A stretch of 64,000 nt of DNA. Origin: Ruminococcus sp. (GTDB lineage Bacteria > Bacillota > Clostridia > Oscillospirales > Ruminococcaceae). The stretch covers positions 11-64,010 of the forward strand of contig JAFXRI010000024.1 in the NCBI GenBank assembly GCA_017526445.1, written 5' to 3'. A program made the translations under genes and the position numbers. The notes beneath the pieces are model-generated. The model was not told the DNA's origin. It did not search any database and worked only from the letters and a program-made list of their open reading frames with translations. This document shows, piece by piece, positions 29,742 through 40,208 of the stretch (the first letter of the stretch is position 1; the number at the start of each line of letters is the position of its first letter).

Positions 29742-30272
29742 TTATCGGCAGAACTTTTCGATATAGTTATCTATGCAATGCTGGACGATCTCCTTAGCTG
29801 CGGCAGCATCGCGGACGTCGTCGATGACAGTATCCTTATCCTCCAGCTGCTTATACACGGTAAAGAAGTGGGACATCTCGTCAAAAACGTGCTTGGGCAG
29901 GCTGCCGATGTCGGTATAGACGTTATAGTTGGGATCGTTGAGAGGGGTGCAAATGATCTTTTCGTCATTTGCGCCGTTATCCAGCATAAGGATGACGCCT
30001 ATTGGTCTGCACTGTACCAGCGAGAGAGGCTGGAGAGTTTCCGAGCAGAGCACGAGGACGTCCAGCGGATCTCCGTCGTCGGCATATGTACGGGGAATGA
30101 AGCCGTAGTTGGCGGGATAATGGGTGGAGGTATATAGTATCCTGTCCATACGCAGGAGACCTGTTTCCTTATCAAGCTCATACTTTATCTTCGAGCCCTT
30201 GGGTATCTCAATAACAGCGGTAAAGAACTCGCAGTTGATATTCTTGGGTGAAATGTCGTGCCAAATATTCAT
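29742..30272 (-). CDS. ppa: Family I inorganic pyrophosphatase
   Basis: KYELDK, YPANYGFIP, DGDPLDV, DEKI, FFTVYK; ATG 30272 after GGAGG. Confidence 0.95.
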   Translation of the reverse strand: MNIWHDISPKNINCEFFTAVIEIPKGSKIKYELDKETGLLRMDRILYTSTHYPANYGFIPRTYADDGDPLDVLVLCSETLQPLSLVQCRPIGVILMLDNGANDEKIICTPLNDPNYNVYTDIGSLPKHVFDEMSHFFTVYKQLEDKDTVIDDVRDAAAAKEIVQHCIDNYIEKFCR

Positions 30273-30286
30273 ATATCTTCCTCCAT

Positions 30287-30892
30287 TCAAAACTCTACGG
30301 TCTGGGCGTAGTACATTCCCTCGCGGGAGAGGTTCTCGACGATGTCGGGGCACTGCTCCCCTTCTATCTCCACTGCCATACAGGTGCCGCAGTTCTCCGG
30401 CGAGAAGCTGTCGGAGATAAATCTGAGCTCATCCTTCCGCTCTATGCCGAGGTCGGTATAGGCTTTTTCGTATCTCGCGGTCTTGCCGTAAACGAGTATC
30501 TGCTGATAATCGCGGACATAGATCTCCTCATTGGTCTTGTTTGATCCAAAGCCGAAGCGGACAAGCCCGTCGTTTATGAGAAGGTCTCCGTAGCGGTCGA
30601 TGATCGCCTTAGTGACGGGAGCCGTGCATCCGTCAAGGTAATAGACTTTATAATGGAACGGATCGCTTCGTGTCTTTCTGAGCTCCTTCTCCTCATCCTC
30701 GGAGCAAGGCAGTTCAACAAAGAAGAAGTGCGGTTCCTCCAGCATAGCCGAAGCCTTATACAGAAAAGGCTTGATAAGCTCGGCCGAGAGCACAGAGTCT
30801 ATGACACCGTCATCGCATATCTTATACGCTGAGCAGACGCCGTCGAGCGACTCGCTGCTCACGGACACTCCCTGTATCGTTTCAAATCCCAC
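30287..30892 (-). CDS. Hypothetical protein
   Basis: 201-aa ORF with GAGGAGGTG RBS, in operon context. Confidence 0.75.
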   Translation of the reverse strand: MGFETIQGVSVSSESLDGVCSAYKICDDGVIDSVLSAELIKPFLYKASAMLEEPHFFFVELPCSEDEEKELRKTRSDPFHYKVYYLDGCTAPVTKAIIDRYGDLLINDGLVRFGFGSNKTNEEIYVRDYQQILVYGKTARYEKAYTDLGIERKDELRFISDSFSPENCGTCMAVEIEGEQCPDIVENLSREGMYYAQTVEF

Positions 30893-30936
30893 GGGCTCCG
30901 CACCTCCTCAGATAATGATCTTGCCTGTGCGAGGGC

Positions 30937-31179
30937 TTATCTGCCTCTCTGCATCAGGATAGTTACCATTTCTCCTACGTCCTTCATTCCGCTCACTTCA
31001 CCCATAGAGAACTTCATTTTGAATTCTTTCTCCACAGCGGAGATAAGGGTGATATGCTCGATAGAATCCCAGTCGTCGATGTCATCTGCGGTGGTATCCT
31101 CATAGAGGGTAATGCTGTCGTCGTCGAACACGTCGCGGAAGATCTCTTCAAGCCTGTCAAATACTTCGTCTCTTGTCAT
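30937..31179 (-). CDS. Acyl carrier protein
   Basis: WDSIEH phosphopantetheine site; acidic 80 aa. Confidence 0.9.
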   Translation of the reverse strand: MTRDEVFDRLEEIFRDVFDDDSITLYEDTTADDIDDWDSIEHITLISAVEKEFKMKFSMGEVSGMKDVGEMVTILMQRGR

Positions 31180-31193
31180 TTAAATACATCCTT

Positions 31194-32993
31194 TCAGATA
31201 CGGTCTGTTACCTTGATAACGTGATTTTTATCTTCATAGTCCGATATATCCAGTTCCCACACGGTGCTGCCGTCCTCGGAGGCAGACACAAGCGAGAAGC
31301 CGAGGGTATCGGGATAGAAGTCCTTTACCATTTTATTTTTGGCGGTAGGCAGGTATTTGCCGACGAGCTTGGTATAGCCTGCGGCTTTAGCCTGCTTTAC
31401 GATGCCGTCCAGCATAGCGAGCTCCATATCTCGTTTGAGCACGCGGCAGCTCATAAGCCAGAGTATCAGTTCGAGGCACTCCTCGCCGGCAGCGGGATGC
31501 TTGCTTCTCTGCCCTACCACCACCGAGACTACTCCGTTATCGCCGAACTTATCCACCAGCTTGCCGTACTGGGTGATATGGTCGGGGGAGGCGGCGAAAT
31601 CCGCCATCTGCTCCTGTGTGCAGCGGAGCGTAGTGAGGTTGAACTGGTTGCTCTTATTGGTCAGCTGGGCGATACGGGCGAGATATACGTCTCTGAACGG
31701 TGCGATCTCGCCGATCATTTCAAGGCTGAGCAGATAGTCAGTATAGCTTGCGAACTTTGCCTGAGCCTGGGCGCGCTGGATATTGGCCTTATACATTTCT
31801 CCGCGCTTGAGGTCGTCAGCGGAAAGAGTTGTGACCTCAAAATACTGGGAGCGGTCGAGGACACGGATATAATCGGTGACCTCTCCGATCTCGGGTACGG
31901 CGCAGGGAGTCTGCTGTCTGACGATCTCACGCTCGGCGGGATTATCGTCAGCAAAGACTATTGAATCAGGCATAAGGCTGAGCTCCTGGGCGGTATTCTC
32001 CAGGTTTATGCTCTTAGGCTCCCAGTTGGCCTTGATAAGGGTGAAATCGTCGGGGCGTACTGCGCCCTCAGGGTGGTCAAGACCTGCAAGAGCGTTTTCT
32101 TCCTCGTTCTTGGAGCATACAGTCAGCAGGATGCCCAGGTCTTTATGGGCCTTGACGTACTGCTGGAACTCATAGAAAGCCTGAGAGGTGCCGGTCTCCT
32201 GACCGATCTCCAGGTTCTCGGCGCCGTCGTCGCCGACGATGCCGCCCCACATCGTATTATCGAGATCAACTGCGATTACCTTCTTGTTTTTCCCGAACAG
32301 CGAGCGTATCACAGCGCAGAGCTGATAGGCCAACGGCGGGATAGCTTCAAGCGCCATAGCGTACTTGAACATATACCAATACTTGGTATCGGCCCATTTT
32401 TCAAGTCCTATATTTGCGGCGAGCCAGTTTATATCGTTGATATAGAAGCCCTCATGCGAACAGGCATAAGCATACATTTTCTCATTGAGCCTTCCGATGA
32501 AATTTGAAAGGCCGTGGGGATCATATGCATCGCGGCTGCCGAGAAGTCTGAAAAACGGCAGCTCAAAGTTATTCTGTATAACCGGGCAATGGAACCTTCC
32601 GAGGGCCTGCCACATCTGTTCGAGCCTTGAAAAGCGCTCCTCGAGGGCGGAAGTGATCTCCTCCTCGCTCATACGGACATTGGGAGTAAAATCTACATTA
32701 CGGGCTGTGGTATGGATATAGATGATATCCGGGGCGAAGCTGTCAAGTTCGGGATTACCGAACACTGCATCCTGCCAGTACTGCTTGTACTCCGACTCAT
32801 AGAACTCAGGCTCGATACCTGAATCCAGCAGGAAAAGCTCGAGGGCGGCAATAACGTCGCTGGTAGTTGATCCGCCGAGGACGGCGATCTTCTTTTTGAT
32901 GCGTGCTCTGCCGTCGGCCAGCAGGGTACGCTTTAAGGATTTTTTCTTTTTCAGTATCCATTCACTGTCAAAGGGGTATTCAAGCTCTTTCAT
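31194..32993 (-). CDS. FkbH-like HAD-IIIC protein (glyceryl-ACP loading)
   Basis: DLDNTMWGG, SKN, DDNPAER, KSNQFNLT, DKFGDNG, MSCRV. Confidence 0.92.
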   Translation of the reverse strand: MKELEYPFDSEWILKKKKSLKRTLLADGRARIKKKIAVLGGSTTSDVIAALELFLLDSGIEPEFYESEYKQYWQDAVFGNPELDSFAPDIIYIHTTARNVDFTPNVRMSEEEITSALEERFSRLEQMWQALGRFHCPVIQNNFELPFFRLLGSRDAYDPHGLSNFIGRLNEKMYAYACSHEGFYINDINWLAANIGLEKWADTKYWYMFKYAMALEAIPPLAYQLCAVIRSLFGKNKKVIAVDLDNTMWGGIVGDDGAENLEIGQETGTSQAFYEFQQYVKAHKDLGILLTVCSKNEEENALAGLDHPEGAVRPDDFTLIKANWEPKSINLENTAQELSLMPDSIVFADDNPAEREIVRQQTPCAVPEIGEVTDYIRVLDRSQYFEVTTLSADDLKRGEMYKANIQRAQAQAKFASYTDYLLSLEMIGEIAPFRDVYLARIAQLTNKSNQFNLTTLRCTQEQMADFAASPDHITQYGKLVDKFGDNGVVSVVVGQRSKHPAAGEECLELILWLMSCRVLKRDMELAMLDGIVKQAKAAGYTKLVGKYLPTAKNKMVKDFYPDTLGFSLVSASEDGSTVWELDISDYEDKNHVIKVTDRI

Positions 32994-33133
32994 TTTACGC
33001 CTCCTGAAAACTTCTTATTATATTTTAGCAGATTCCTCCCAATAAAGCAAGGGGGGACGAAAGATTTTTTTCAAAGGTATTATTTCCGCTGCCAGTGGCA
33101 TAATACTGTCAAACTGAAAAAGGAGTGGAGCAT

Positions 33134-33571
33134 ATGCAGAAAAACGACACCATAGAGCTTCTGAGGGAGACAAATTCGGGGATAAAAATGGGTATCGACT
33201 CGATAGACGAGCTGCTGCCGAAGGTAAAAAGCGAGAGATTCAGGCACATCCTGGAGGAGTGCAGGTCCACTCATCAGCGGCTGGGCACTCGCTCGCACAA
33301 GCTGCTGAGCGAATACGGCGAGGAGACAGCCGGTCCCAATCCCATAGCCAAGGGGATGTCCTGGCTGAAGACCAACATCAAGATGGCAGCCGAGCCCACA
33401 GATCCCACGGCGGCCGATCTTATAACAGACGGCTGCAATATGGGAGTCAAGTCGTTAAACGGTTATATCAACAAATGCAGGGATGCAGATCCGGAAGCTG
33501 TCAGTCTTGCCAAGCAGCTGATACGCTCGGAGGAAAAGCTCTGCGCTGATGTCAGGGAATTTCTCAGATAG
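33134..33571 (+). CDS. Small ferritin-like helical protein, probably spore-associated
   Basis: KMG..SI, A..I.DGCNMGVKSL pattern; upstream GTATT-17-CATAATA resembles a forespore (SigF/G) promoter. Confidence 0.6.
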   Translation: MQKNDTIELLRETNSGIKMGIDSIDELLPKVKSERFRHILEECRSTHQRLGTRSHKLLSEYGEETAGPNPIAKGMSWLKTNIKMAAEPTDPTAADLITDGCNMGVKSLNGYINKCRDADPEAVSLAKQLIRSEEKLCADVREFLR

Positions 33572-33574
33572 CAT

Positions 33575-33603
33575 AAACGCTCCCCTTTTCAGGGAGCGTT
33601 TAT
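33575..33603. terminator. Bidirectional terminator
   Basis: TAAACGCTCCC/GGGAGCGTTTA stem between convergent units. Confidence 0.7.
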
Positions 33604-33607
33604 GATC

Positions 33608-33963
33608 GTCGGCCGACCGATAAGCCGGGTTTTGTCGTGTGCGGCAATCTATCTGAACCGACCGTCGCCGGCCGGCTTTAGCCGCCTACAGCCTGGAGTC
33701 TGACGAGCAGCCATTGACTCTTCGGCTGCCATTGGCGTTGCACCGGATAAGGTTTACATGGCAGCGCCGTCTCCGGCGCTCCGGTGAGCTCTTACCTCGC
33801 CTTTCCACCCTTACCGTGTCCTGCGTACAGGGCGCGGCGGTATATCTCTGTTGCACTTGCTCGGAGGTCGCCCTCGGCAGATGTTATCTGCTATCCTGCT
33901 CTGCGGTGCCCGGACTTTCCTCACAAACATAAAAGCGTTTGCGCTGCCGCATAGCCTGCCGAC
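33608..33963 (-). ncRNA. rnpB: RNase P RNA (type A)
   Basis: GAGGAAAGTCC near 5' end, AGTGCAACAG, ACAAAACCCGGCTTAT at 3' end, paired GTCGGC/GCCGAC ends; TTGACA-17-TATAAT promoter at ~33970-33998. Confidence 0.95.
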
Positions 33964-34038
33964 ATACTTATTATACCAGTATTTCTCTTTCCTGTCAACC
34001 GCTGGGGATGTATTTACATACAGCGCCGCCGGTATCAC

Positions 34039-34722
34039 CTATACATTGCTGCTGTCCTTGCTGCGGGCAAAGAAAGTCTCTGCATCCACGGTCTCGTCAG
34101 TTTCGAAGTAATACACAGCGAAGATCTCCGCCTTATCGGATTCCCCGGGCATAGCGCCGTTATAGCAATAGAGGGTGGCCTTATCCAGCTTATGGTGCTT
34201 ATCCTCGGCTTTGAGTACGGCGCCCAGTTCTTTGAGGACGGGACCGAGGTCGCTGACGGACTTATCTGTACCGATATAAAGGATATGCGAAAGGTCGTTA
34301 TTCCACATCAGTCTCAGGCCGTTAGCCTTTGCGATTTCATCGGCCTTGGAGGAGGCTGCTTTTTTCAGATACCCGCAATAGGAGTCTTTCCAGTTATCGG
34401 AAGTATTCTCGCCGTAGCCCACAACAGTTGCATCGAAGTATTTTTTCTCCGTGCTGCTGACCACAGAGAACTCAAATCCGCACAGCTCGTCTCTGAATCT
34501 GAACTTCACGCCGTCGCTCAGAGTTTCCTTTCCGGAATACTCAGCGGCAGGGTAATTTTTGCTGACATACTCTTTAGCCTGATCCTCGGTGAGGAGCTTG
34601 ACATCCTCTGCTTTCCCGGCACATCCTGTAAACATCATAACGCAGGCCGCCAAAGCGAGAACAGCAGCGAATGCTCTTAACTTAAATGATATCATATCAT
34701 TTTTCCTCTTTTCAGCTGTCAA
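34039..34722 (-). CDS. Hypothetical lipoprotein
   Basis: Signal peptide with lipobox FTGC. Confidence 0.75.
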   Translation of the reverse strand: MTAEKRKNDMISFKLRAFAAVLALAACVMMFTGCAGKAEDVKLLTEDQAKEYVSKNYPAAEYSGKETLSDGVKFRFRDELCGFEFSVVSSTEKKYFDATVVGYGENTSDNWKDSYCGYLKKAASSKADEIAKANGLRLMWNNDLSHILYIGTDKSVSDLGPVLKELGAVLKAEDKHHKLDKATLYCYNGAMPGESDKAEIFAVYYFETDETVDAETFFARSKDSSNV

Positions 34723-35323
34723 TGATGTCGATATAAGCCTTGATGATCTTCACGCAGACAGCGAAATCAAGGCGGCTGGTATCGAGGCAGATATTATAAT
34801 TCGTAGCATTGAGCCAGTCGCGGCCGGTATAATACTTATAGTACTGGCTTCTGTCCTTATTGGTCTTCTCCACCAGTTTGCGAGCTTCCTTCTCGTCCCA
34901 GCCGTAAGCCTCCATAACATTCCTGACGGCTGTGGCCTCATCGGAGCATATAAAGAGCTTTATCACGTCGCTGCGGTCAGAGAGTATGAAATCGGCGCAT
35001 CTTCCGACGATGACTGCCGGCTCCTTATCAGCGAGCTCCTTGATTATCTTAGCCTGAAAATTAAAAAGGTTTCGGTCGGAGGTGAAATCCTTGCTGGAGG
35101 GATCGATAACGCCGCCTTTATAGACGCCGCCGCGCTTGATGAATGAGGTCTTGAGCTTCTCATCGACTCTGCCGAAAAAGGCTTCGTTGATGCCGCTGTC
35201 CTCACTGGCGAGTCTGATAAGGTCCTTATCGTAATACTTTATCCCCAGCTCTTCCGAGAGCATTTTTCCGATAGTTCTTCCGCCGCTGCCCATACCGCGT
35301 GCGATAGTGATTATGCGTGCCAT
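34712..35323 (-). CDS. Cytidylate kinase-like family protein
   Basis: ITIARGMGSGG, VIVGRCAD, R..YY.YYTG..W. Confidence 0.88.
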   Translation of the reverse strand: MARIITIARGMGSGGRTIGKMLSEELGIKYYDKDLIRLASEDSGINEAFFGRVDEKLKTSFIKRGGVYKGGVIDPSSKDFTSDRNLFNFQAKIIKELADKEPAVIVGRCADFILSDRSDVIKLFICSDEATAVRNVMEAYGWDEKEARKLVEKTNKDRSQYYKYYTGRDWLNATNYNICLDTSRLDFAVCVKIIKAYIDIIDS

Positions 35324-35337
35324 ATCCGAAAACCTCC

Positions 35338-36048
35338 TTACTCGCCGAGATAAGCCTTCTTGACCTTTTCGTCGTTGATAAGGTCGGAGGCTTTGCCCGA
35401 GAGAGTTATCCTTCCTGTTTCAAGTACATAAGCCCTGTCGGCGATAGCAAGCGCCTTTTTGGCGTTCTGCTCGACAAGAAGAACGGTCATACCGTCCTTT
35501 CTGATTGACTCGATTATATCGAATATCTCGCTGACGAATATGGGTGAAAGCCCCATAGAGGGCTCATCCATAACGATGATCTTAGGTCTTGACATCAGGG
35601 CCCTTCCCATAGCGAGCATCTGCTGCTCACCTCCCGAGAGGGTGCCGGCGATCTGGGACTTTCTTTCCTCAAGTCTCGGAAAGCGCTTATAGATCAAATT
35701 CATATCCTCGGCGATGCCGTCCTTGTCATTTCTTGTGAAGGCGCCGAGCTTCAGGTTATCGAGCACTGTCAGCTGCTGGAAGATACGCCGTCCCTCGGGG
35801 ACGTGGGCGATGCCCATTTTGACTATCTTATGTGCGGGAGTCTTCGTAAGCTCGGTCCCGTTGAACATAATAGAGCCGGATTTCGCAGGAAGGATGCCTG
35901 TAAGCGTATGCAGCGTAGTGGTCTTGCCTGCGCCGTTCGCACCGATCAGCGCGATGACCTCGCCCTCATTGACCTCAAAGGAGATGCCTTTGAGGGCCTG
36001 TATAACTCCGTAGAACACGGATAGGTCTTTTATCTCTAACATTGCCAT
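35338..36048 (-). CDS. livF: Branched-chain amino acid ABC ATPase
   Basis: GANGAGKTT, VPEGR, LSGGEQQM, DEPSMGL. Confidence 0.93.
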   Translation of the reverse strand: MAMLEIKDLSVFYGVIQALKGISFEVNEGEVIALIGANGAGKTTTLHTLTGILPAKSGSIMFNGTELTKTPAHKIVKMGIAHVPEGRRIFQQLTVLDNLKLGAFTRNDKDGIAEDMNLIYKRFPRLEERKSQIAGTLSGGEQQMLAMGRALMSRPKIIVMDEPSMGLSPIFVSEIFDIIESIRKDGMTVLLVEQNAKKALAIADRAYVLETGRITLSGKASDLINDEKVKKAYLGE

Positions 36049-36061
36049 AATGCTGCCCCCC

Positions 36062-36820
36062 TTACTCGCCCAAGTAGGCCTTGATGACTTCCGGATCGGA
36101 GAGCACCTCGCTGGTCTTGCCCTCGCAGAGCAGCTGACCGAAATTGAGCACAGAAAGCTTCTCGCAAATACCGGATACCAGGAACATATCGTGCTCTATG
36201 AGCAGCACCGTTACCTTGAAATCGTCTCTTACCGTGAGGATCGTGTTCATAAGCCCTGCCGTTTCCTTCGGGTTCATACCCGCCGCAGGCTCATCAAGGA
36301 GCAGCAGCTTGGGATCGGTGGCAAGAGCTCTCGCTATCTCGAGCTTTCTCTGCTTGCCGTAGGGCAGGTTGGAAGCAAGGGTATCCGCATCGTCAACGAG
36401 GTCGAAAGGCCTGAGAAGCTCCATAGCCCTTTCGGTCATTTCCTTTTCCTTACGGAAATACTTAGGCAGCCTGAATATGCCAGCCGCGGTGGAATATGCA
36501 TAGTGGTTCGAGAGCCCGGCCTTGACGTTATCAAGTACGGAAAGGTTTGAAAAGAGCCTTATATTCTGGAAAGTTCTGGCGATGCCGGCTTTATTGATCT
36601 CGATATTGCTTTTGCCGGTGATATTCTGCCCATCAAGGCGGATAGTGCCGTCGGTGGGTTTATATACGCCGGTGAGCAGGTTGAAGATAGTGGTCTTGCC
36701 GGCGCCGTTCGGCCCGATGAGGCCGTAGAGATCTCCCTTTTCGATAGTGAGCGAAAAATCGTCAACGGCACGCAGACCTCCGAAGGAGATGCCAAGTTTT
36801 TTGACTTCAAGCAATGCCAT
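36062..36820 (-). CDS. livG: Branched-chain amino acid ABC ATPase
   Basis: GPNGAGKTT, ARTFQNIRLF, LPYG, DEPAAGMN. Confidence 0.93.
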   Translation of the reverse strand: MALLEVKKLGISFGGLRAVDDFSLTIEKGDLYGLIGPNGAGKTTIFNLLTGVYKPTDGTIRLDGQNITGKSNIEINKAGIARTFQNIRLFSNLSVLDNVKAGLSNHYAYSTAAGIFRLPKYFRKEKEMTERAMELLRPFDLVDDADTLASNLPYGKQRKLEIARALATDPKLLLLDEPAAGMNPKETAGLMNTILTVRDDFKVTVLLIEHDMFLVSGICEKLSVLNFGQLLCEGKTSEVLSDPEVIKAYLGE

Positions 36821-36821
36821 A

Positions 36822-37904
36822 TCACTCACCCTCCTTTACAGCGGAGTCCTTCTTGAATACCAGCCCTTTGAGTCTGCTTAAGCTGGCGGCAAAGAATCCG
36901 CGGATCTTAGCGTTGGAGGTAAATATCATCATAACGATGAGCACGATGGAATAAATGAGCATTCTGTAATTGTTGATGCTTCTGAGGACCTCGGGCAGAT
37001 AGGTCAGCACGATAGCGGCGATAACGCTTCCGCGGATATTCCCGATACCGCCCAGGACGACGAACACCAGCACGAGTATCGACAGGTTATAGTCGAACTT
37101 GGAAGCCTGGAGCGAAGCGAGGTTATGGGAGAACAGCGAACCTGCGACGCCTCCGAGAAAAGCGGTGAGACCGAAGGTTATGAGCTTATACTTAGTGATA
37201 TTTATACCTATGGACTCGGCGGCGATGCGGTTATCCCTGATAGACATAACGATCCTTCCGGTCCTGGAATTCACGAAGTTATAGAGTATTATGAGCGACA
37301 GCATCAGGACGATGAAGCCGATCTCGAAGGTGGAGTCCTTGGGGGTGCCGGAGATACCAAGGGCGCCGTTTATGAGCATTTTGCCGTCGGGTGCCAGGCC
37401 GAGGTCTCCCTGACTGGTCAGTGAAAAATGGAGCCCGCTGCTGTCATAGCCCACATAGAGCGCTGCAAACACGTTTTTGATTATCTCTCCGAAGGCAAGG
37501 GTAACTATAGCAAGATAGTCACCGCGGAGCCTTAGGACGGGTATCCCGATGAGCACGCCGAACAGAGCTGCAAAGCAGCCGCCAATAAGGATAGCGATAG
37601 GGAACCTGACCCACGCAGAGGTTATAGTATCCTTGGTAACGACGGAGAATATAGCGCTGGAATAGGCGCCTATACACATAAACCCGGCCTGTCCGAGACT
37701 GAGCTCACCGAGGACGCCGACTGTCAGGTTAAGGGATGCGGCGGCTATGGAATATACACAGAATGGTATGAGCAGGCCTTTGAACATATTGCTGGCGCTG
37801 CCGGTGGAGATCATTATCTCTACCGCAATGAACGCGGCGATGAGCATTGCATAGGTTATGAAGCTCTTGCGCGCTGCAGGTTTTAAGAATCGCTTCAAGA
37901 TCAT
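36822..37904 (-). CDS. livM: Branched-chain amino acid ABC permease
   Basis: LRLRGDYLAIVTLAFGEI. Confidence 0.92.
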   Translation of the reverse strand: MILKRFLKPAARKSFITYAMLIAAFIAVEIMISTGSASNMFKGLLIPFCVYSIAAASLNLTVGVLGELSLGQAGFMCIGAYSSAIFSVVTKDTITSAWVRFPIAILIGGCFAALFGVLIGIPVLRLRGDYLAIVTLAFGEIIKNVFAALYVGYDSSGLHFSLTSQGDLGLAPDGKMLINGALGISGTPKDSTFEIGFIVLMLSLIILYNFVNSRTGRIVMSIRDNRIAAESIGINITKYKLITFGLTAFLGGVAGSLFSHNLASLQASKFDYNLSILVLVFVVLGGIGNIRGSVIAAIVLTYLPEVLRSINNYRMLIYSIVLIVMMIFTSNAKIRGFFAASLSRLKGLVFKKDSAVKEGE

Positions 37905-37920
37905 CGTTCCTTTCTCCGAA

Positions 37921-38802
37921 TCAGACTTTTTCGTTGACCTTCTTGCCGAGTATGCCGGTGGGCTTGACCATAAGCACCACTATAAGCACAGCGAAGACTA
38001 TCGCATCGGCAAGCTGCGGTGAGATATAGGCTCGTCCGAGGATCTCGATAACGCCGATGAGCAGGCCTCCGATCATAGCGCCGGGGATAGAACCGATGCC
38101 GCCGAAAACTGCGGCGACGAAGGCTTTGATGCCGGGCATAGCGCCGGTGGTATTGGAAAGTACGGGATAAGTTGAACAAAGCAGGGCGCCTGCAACTGCA
38201 GCGAGGCCCGAACCTATGGCAAAGGTAAGGGAGATAGTCTTATTGACGTTGATGCCCATAAGTCTTGCTGCGTCCTTATCCTCGGAGACAGCGAGCATGG
38301 CGCGCCCGCTCTTGGTCTTATTGATGAACAGCGAAAGGAATATGACTATCAGCACAGATATGATTATGGATGCAACAGCCTCGCTCTTGATAACGATCTG
38401 TCCGTCGAAAAGGGATATTTTCGGGATATTCACGACAGATGTAAATGTAACGGGCTTTTCGCCGAATATGAGCAGGGCCATATTCTGCAGGAAGTAGCTG
38501 ACGCCTATGGCGGTTATCAGCACAGCCAGCGAGGTAGCCTGTCTGAGCGGCTTATACGCGATCTTCTCAATGACTATACCGAGTATGGTACAGCAGAGAA
38601 TGGCGATCAGCACCGAGAGGTAGCCGTTCAAGTGCATAGATGTCATTGCGGTAAAGATGACATAACCACCCACCATTATGACATCGCCGTGTGCGAAGTT
38701 GAGCATTTTGGCGATACCGTAAACGAGCGTATAGCCCAGAGCGATAACGGCATAGATGCTTCCGAGGCTTATGCCGTTTATAAGGTTGTCCAGAAAAGCC
38801 AT
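37921..38802 (-). CDS. livH: Branched-chain amino acid ABC permease
   Basis: ALGYTLVYG..LNFAHG, KAFVAAVFGGIG. Confidence 0.93.
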   Translation of the reverse strand: MAFLDNLINGISLGSIYAVIALGYTLVYGIAKMLNFAHGDVIMVGGYVIFTAMTSMHLNGYLSVLIAILCCTILGIVIEKIAYKPLRQATSLAVLITAIGVSYFLQNMALLIFGEKPVTFTSVVNIPKISLFDGQIVIKSEAVASIIISVLIVIFLSLFINKTKSGRAMLAVSEDKDAARLMGINVNKTISLTFAIGSGLAAVAGALLCSTYPVLSNTTGAMPGIKAFVAAVFGGIGSIPGAMIGGLLIGVIEILGRAYISPQLADAIVFAVLIVVLMVKPTGILGKKVNEKV

Positions 38803-38937
38803 TACAGAACATTCCTTCCGATAATTATAATCAAATATAGTATATTATAACATATCTGCGCAGCAAATGCAACACCAAACAGTTAAAAAATCTCATTTTG
38901 TTACAATTCGTTTCGATACATTATGCACAATCACCTT

Positions 38938-38974
38938 AAAAAAAAGCCGGCAGCGGGTCAAACCGCCGTCGGCT
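38938..38974 (-). terminator. Terminator after the liv binding-protein gene
   Basis: AGCCGACGGCGG/CCGCTGCCGGCT stem plus long T-run. Confidence 0.7.
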
Positions 38975-39002
38975 CTCTGATGATGAATATTTATGCTGTG
39001 AT

Positions 39003-40208
39003 TTACTGGAGAGCGGAATAAGCGCCGTCCTTGATGACAACAGCCTTAGGTGCCTTGGAAACTGCACCGTCAGCAGTCCAGGTCATACCAGTACCGGTAA
39101 GGCCGTCGAAGCTGAAGCCGTTGGAGATAGCAGCCTTGAGCTTGTCGCACATCTCAGATGCGGACATATCAGCAGTGATGCCCTCCTGCTTAACGAGCTT
39201 GGCTATGACCTTTACGCAGTCGTAAGCATCAGCAGCGAACTGGTTGGGAGTCTCGTCATTGTAAGCAGCCTTATAGTCTGCAACGAACTTCTTTGTAGCC
39301 TCGTCGTCAGCGTCTGCAGCGAAAGGAGTCAGGAGCATAACGCCCTCAGCCAGCTTGGTGTCGAAGTTCTCAACAGAAAGGATACCGTCAAGGCCGTCGC
39401 AGCCGAAGAAGATAGGCGAATAGTCAGCGCTCTTGGACTGGGAAAGGATCAGAGAAGCCTCGGTATAGTAGATAGGCAGGAACACGAGCTCAGCGCCCTT
39501 GTTCTTTGCATCTGCGATCTGAGCCGAGAAGTCGGTCTTGGAATCCTTGGTGAATGCGCCCTCGGAAACGACCTCAAGTCCCTTAACTGAAGCCTCAGAC
39601 TTGAAGGTGTTGTAGATACCGGAAGAATAAGCATCGGAGCTGTCATAGATGATAGCGACCTTCTTAGCTACATTCTTGTCTGCGATATAGTCAGCGGAAG
39701 CCTTGCCCTGGTTGGGGTCAGTGAAGCATACCTGGAAGCAGTTGTCGTTCCTGATGACATCCTGAGCGGAAGCGGAGGGAGTCAACTGGAAGATGTTATC
39801 TGCCTTGGTCTGGTCGATAACAGCCAGGCAGGAGCCTGTTGTTACAGTACCTACCATAATGTCCATACCCTTATCCTTGAGGGTATTGTAAGCATTTACA
39901 GCCTTATCGGCGGGATCTGCCTCGTCGTCCTCGAATACGACAGAGAACTTGATATCACCAAGCTCGCCGGAAGCGTTAACGTCCTTAACGGCAAGCTCAA
40001 CAGCGTTCTTAACGCCTACGCCGTACTGTGCAGCACCGCCTGTGAGAGGGCCGCTGCCGCCGATCACGATAGTATTGGAGCTATCGCCTTCCTTACCGTC
40101 GCCGGAACCGCCGGATTTGCCCGAATCTGTGCTTCCGCAGGATGCAAGGCAGGAAGCTGCCATTACAGCGGTAAGCGAGAGAGCGAGCATTTTCTTGATC
40201 ATTTTCAT
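39003..40208 (-). CDS. livK: Branched-chain amino acid-binding lipoprotein
   Basis: Lipobox LASC; GPLTG.AAQYG, TPSAS, CFTD; adjacent to livHMGF. Confidence 0.88.
   Translation of the reverse strand: MKMIKKMLALSLTAVMAASCLASCGSTDSGKSGGSGDGKEGDSSNTIVIGGSGPLTGGAAQYGVGVKNAVELAVKDVNASGELGDIKFSVVFEDDEADPADKAVNAYNTLKDKGMDIMVGTVTTGSCLAVIDQTKADNIFQLTPSASAQDVIRNDNCFQVCFTDPNQGKASADYIADKNVAKKVAIIYDSSDAYSSGIYNTFKSEASVKGLEVVSEGAFTKDSKTDFSAQIADAKNKGAELVFLPIYYTEASLILSQSKSADYSPIFFGCDGLDGILSVENFDTKLAEGVMLLTPFAADADDEATKKFVADYKAAYNDETPNQFAADAYDCVKVIAKLVKQEGITADMSASEMCDKLKAAISNGFSFDGLTGTGMTWTADGAVSKAPKAVVIKDGAYSALQ

Noticed and set aside
33714-34038. Small ORFs over 33.7-34.0 kb
   Set aside because: They overlap the RNase P RNA gene and its promoter.
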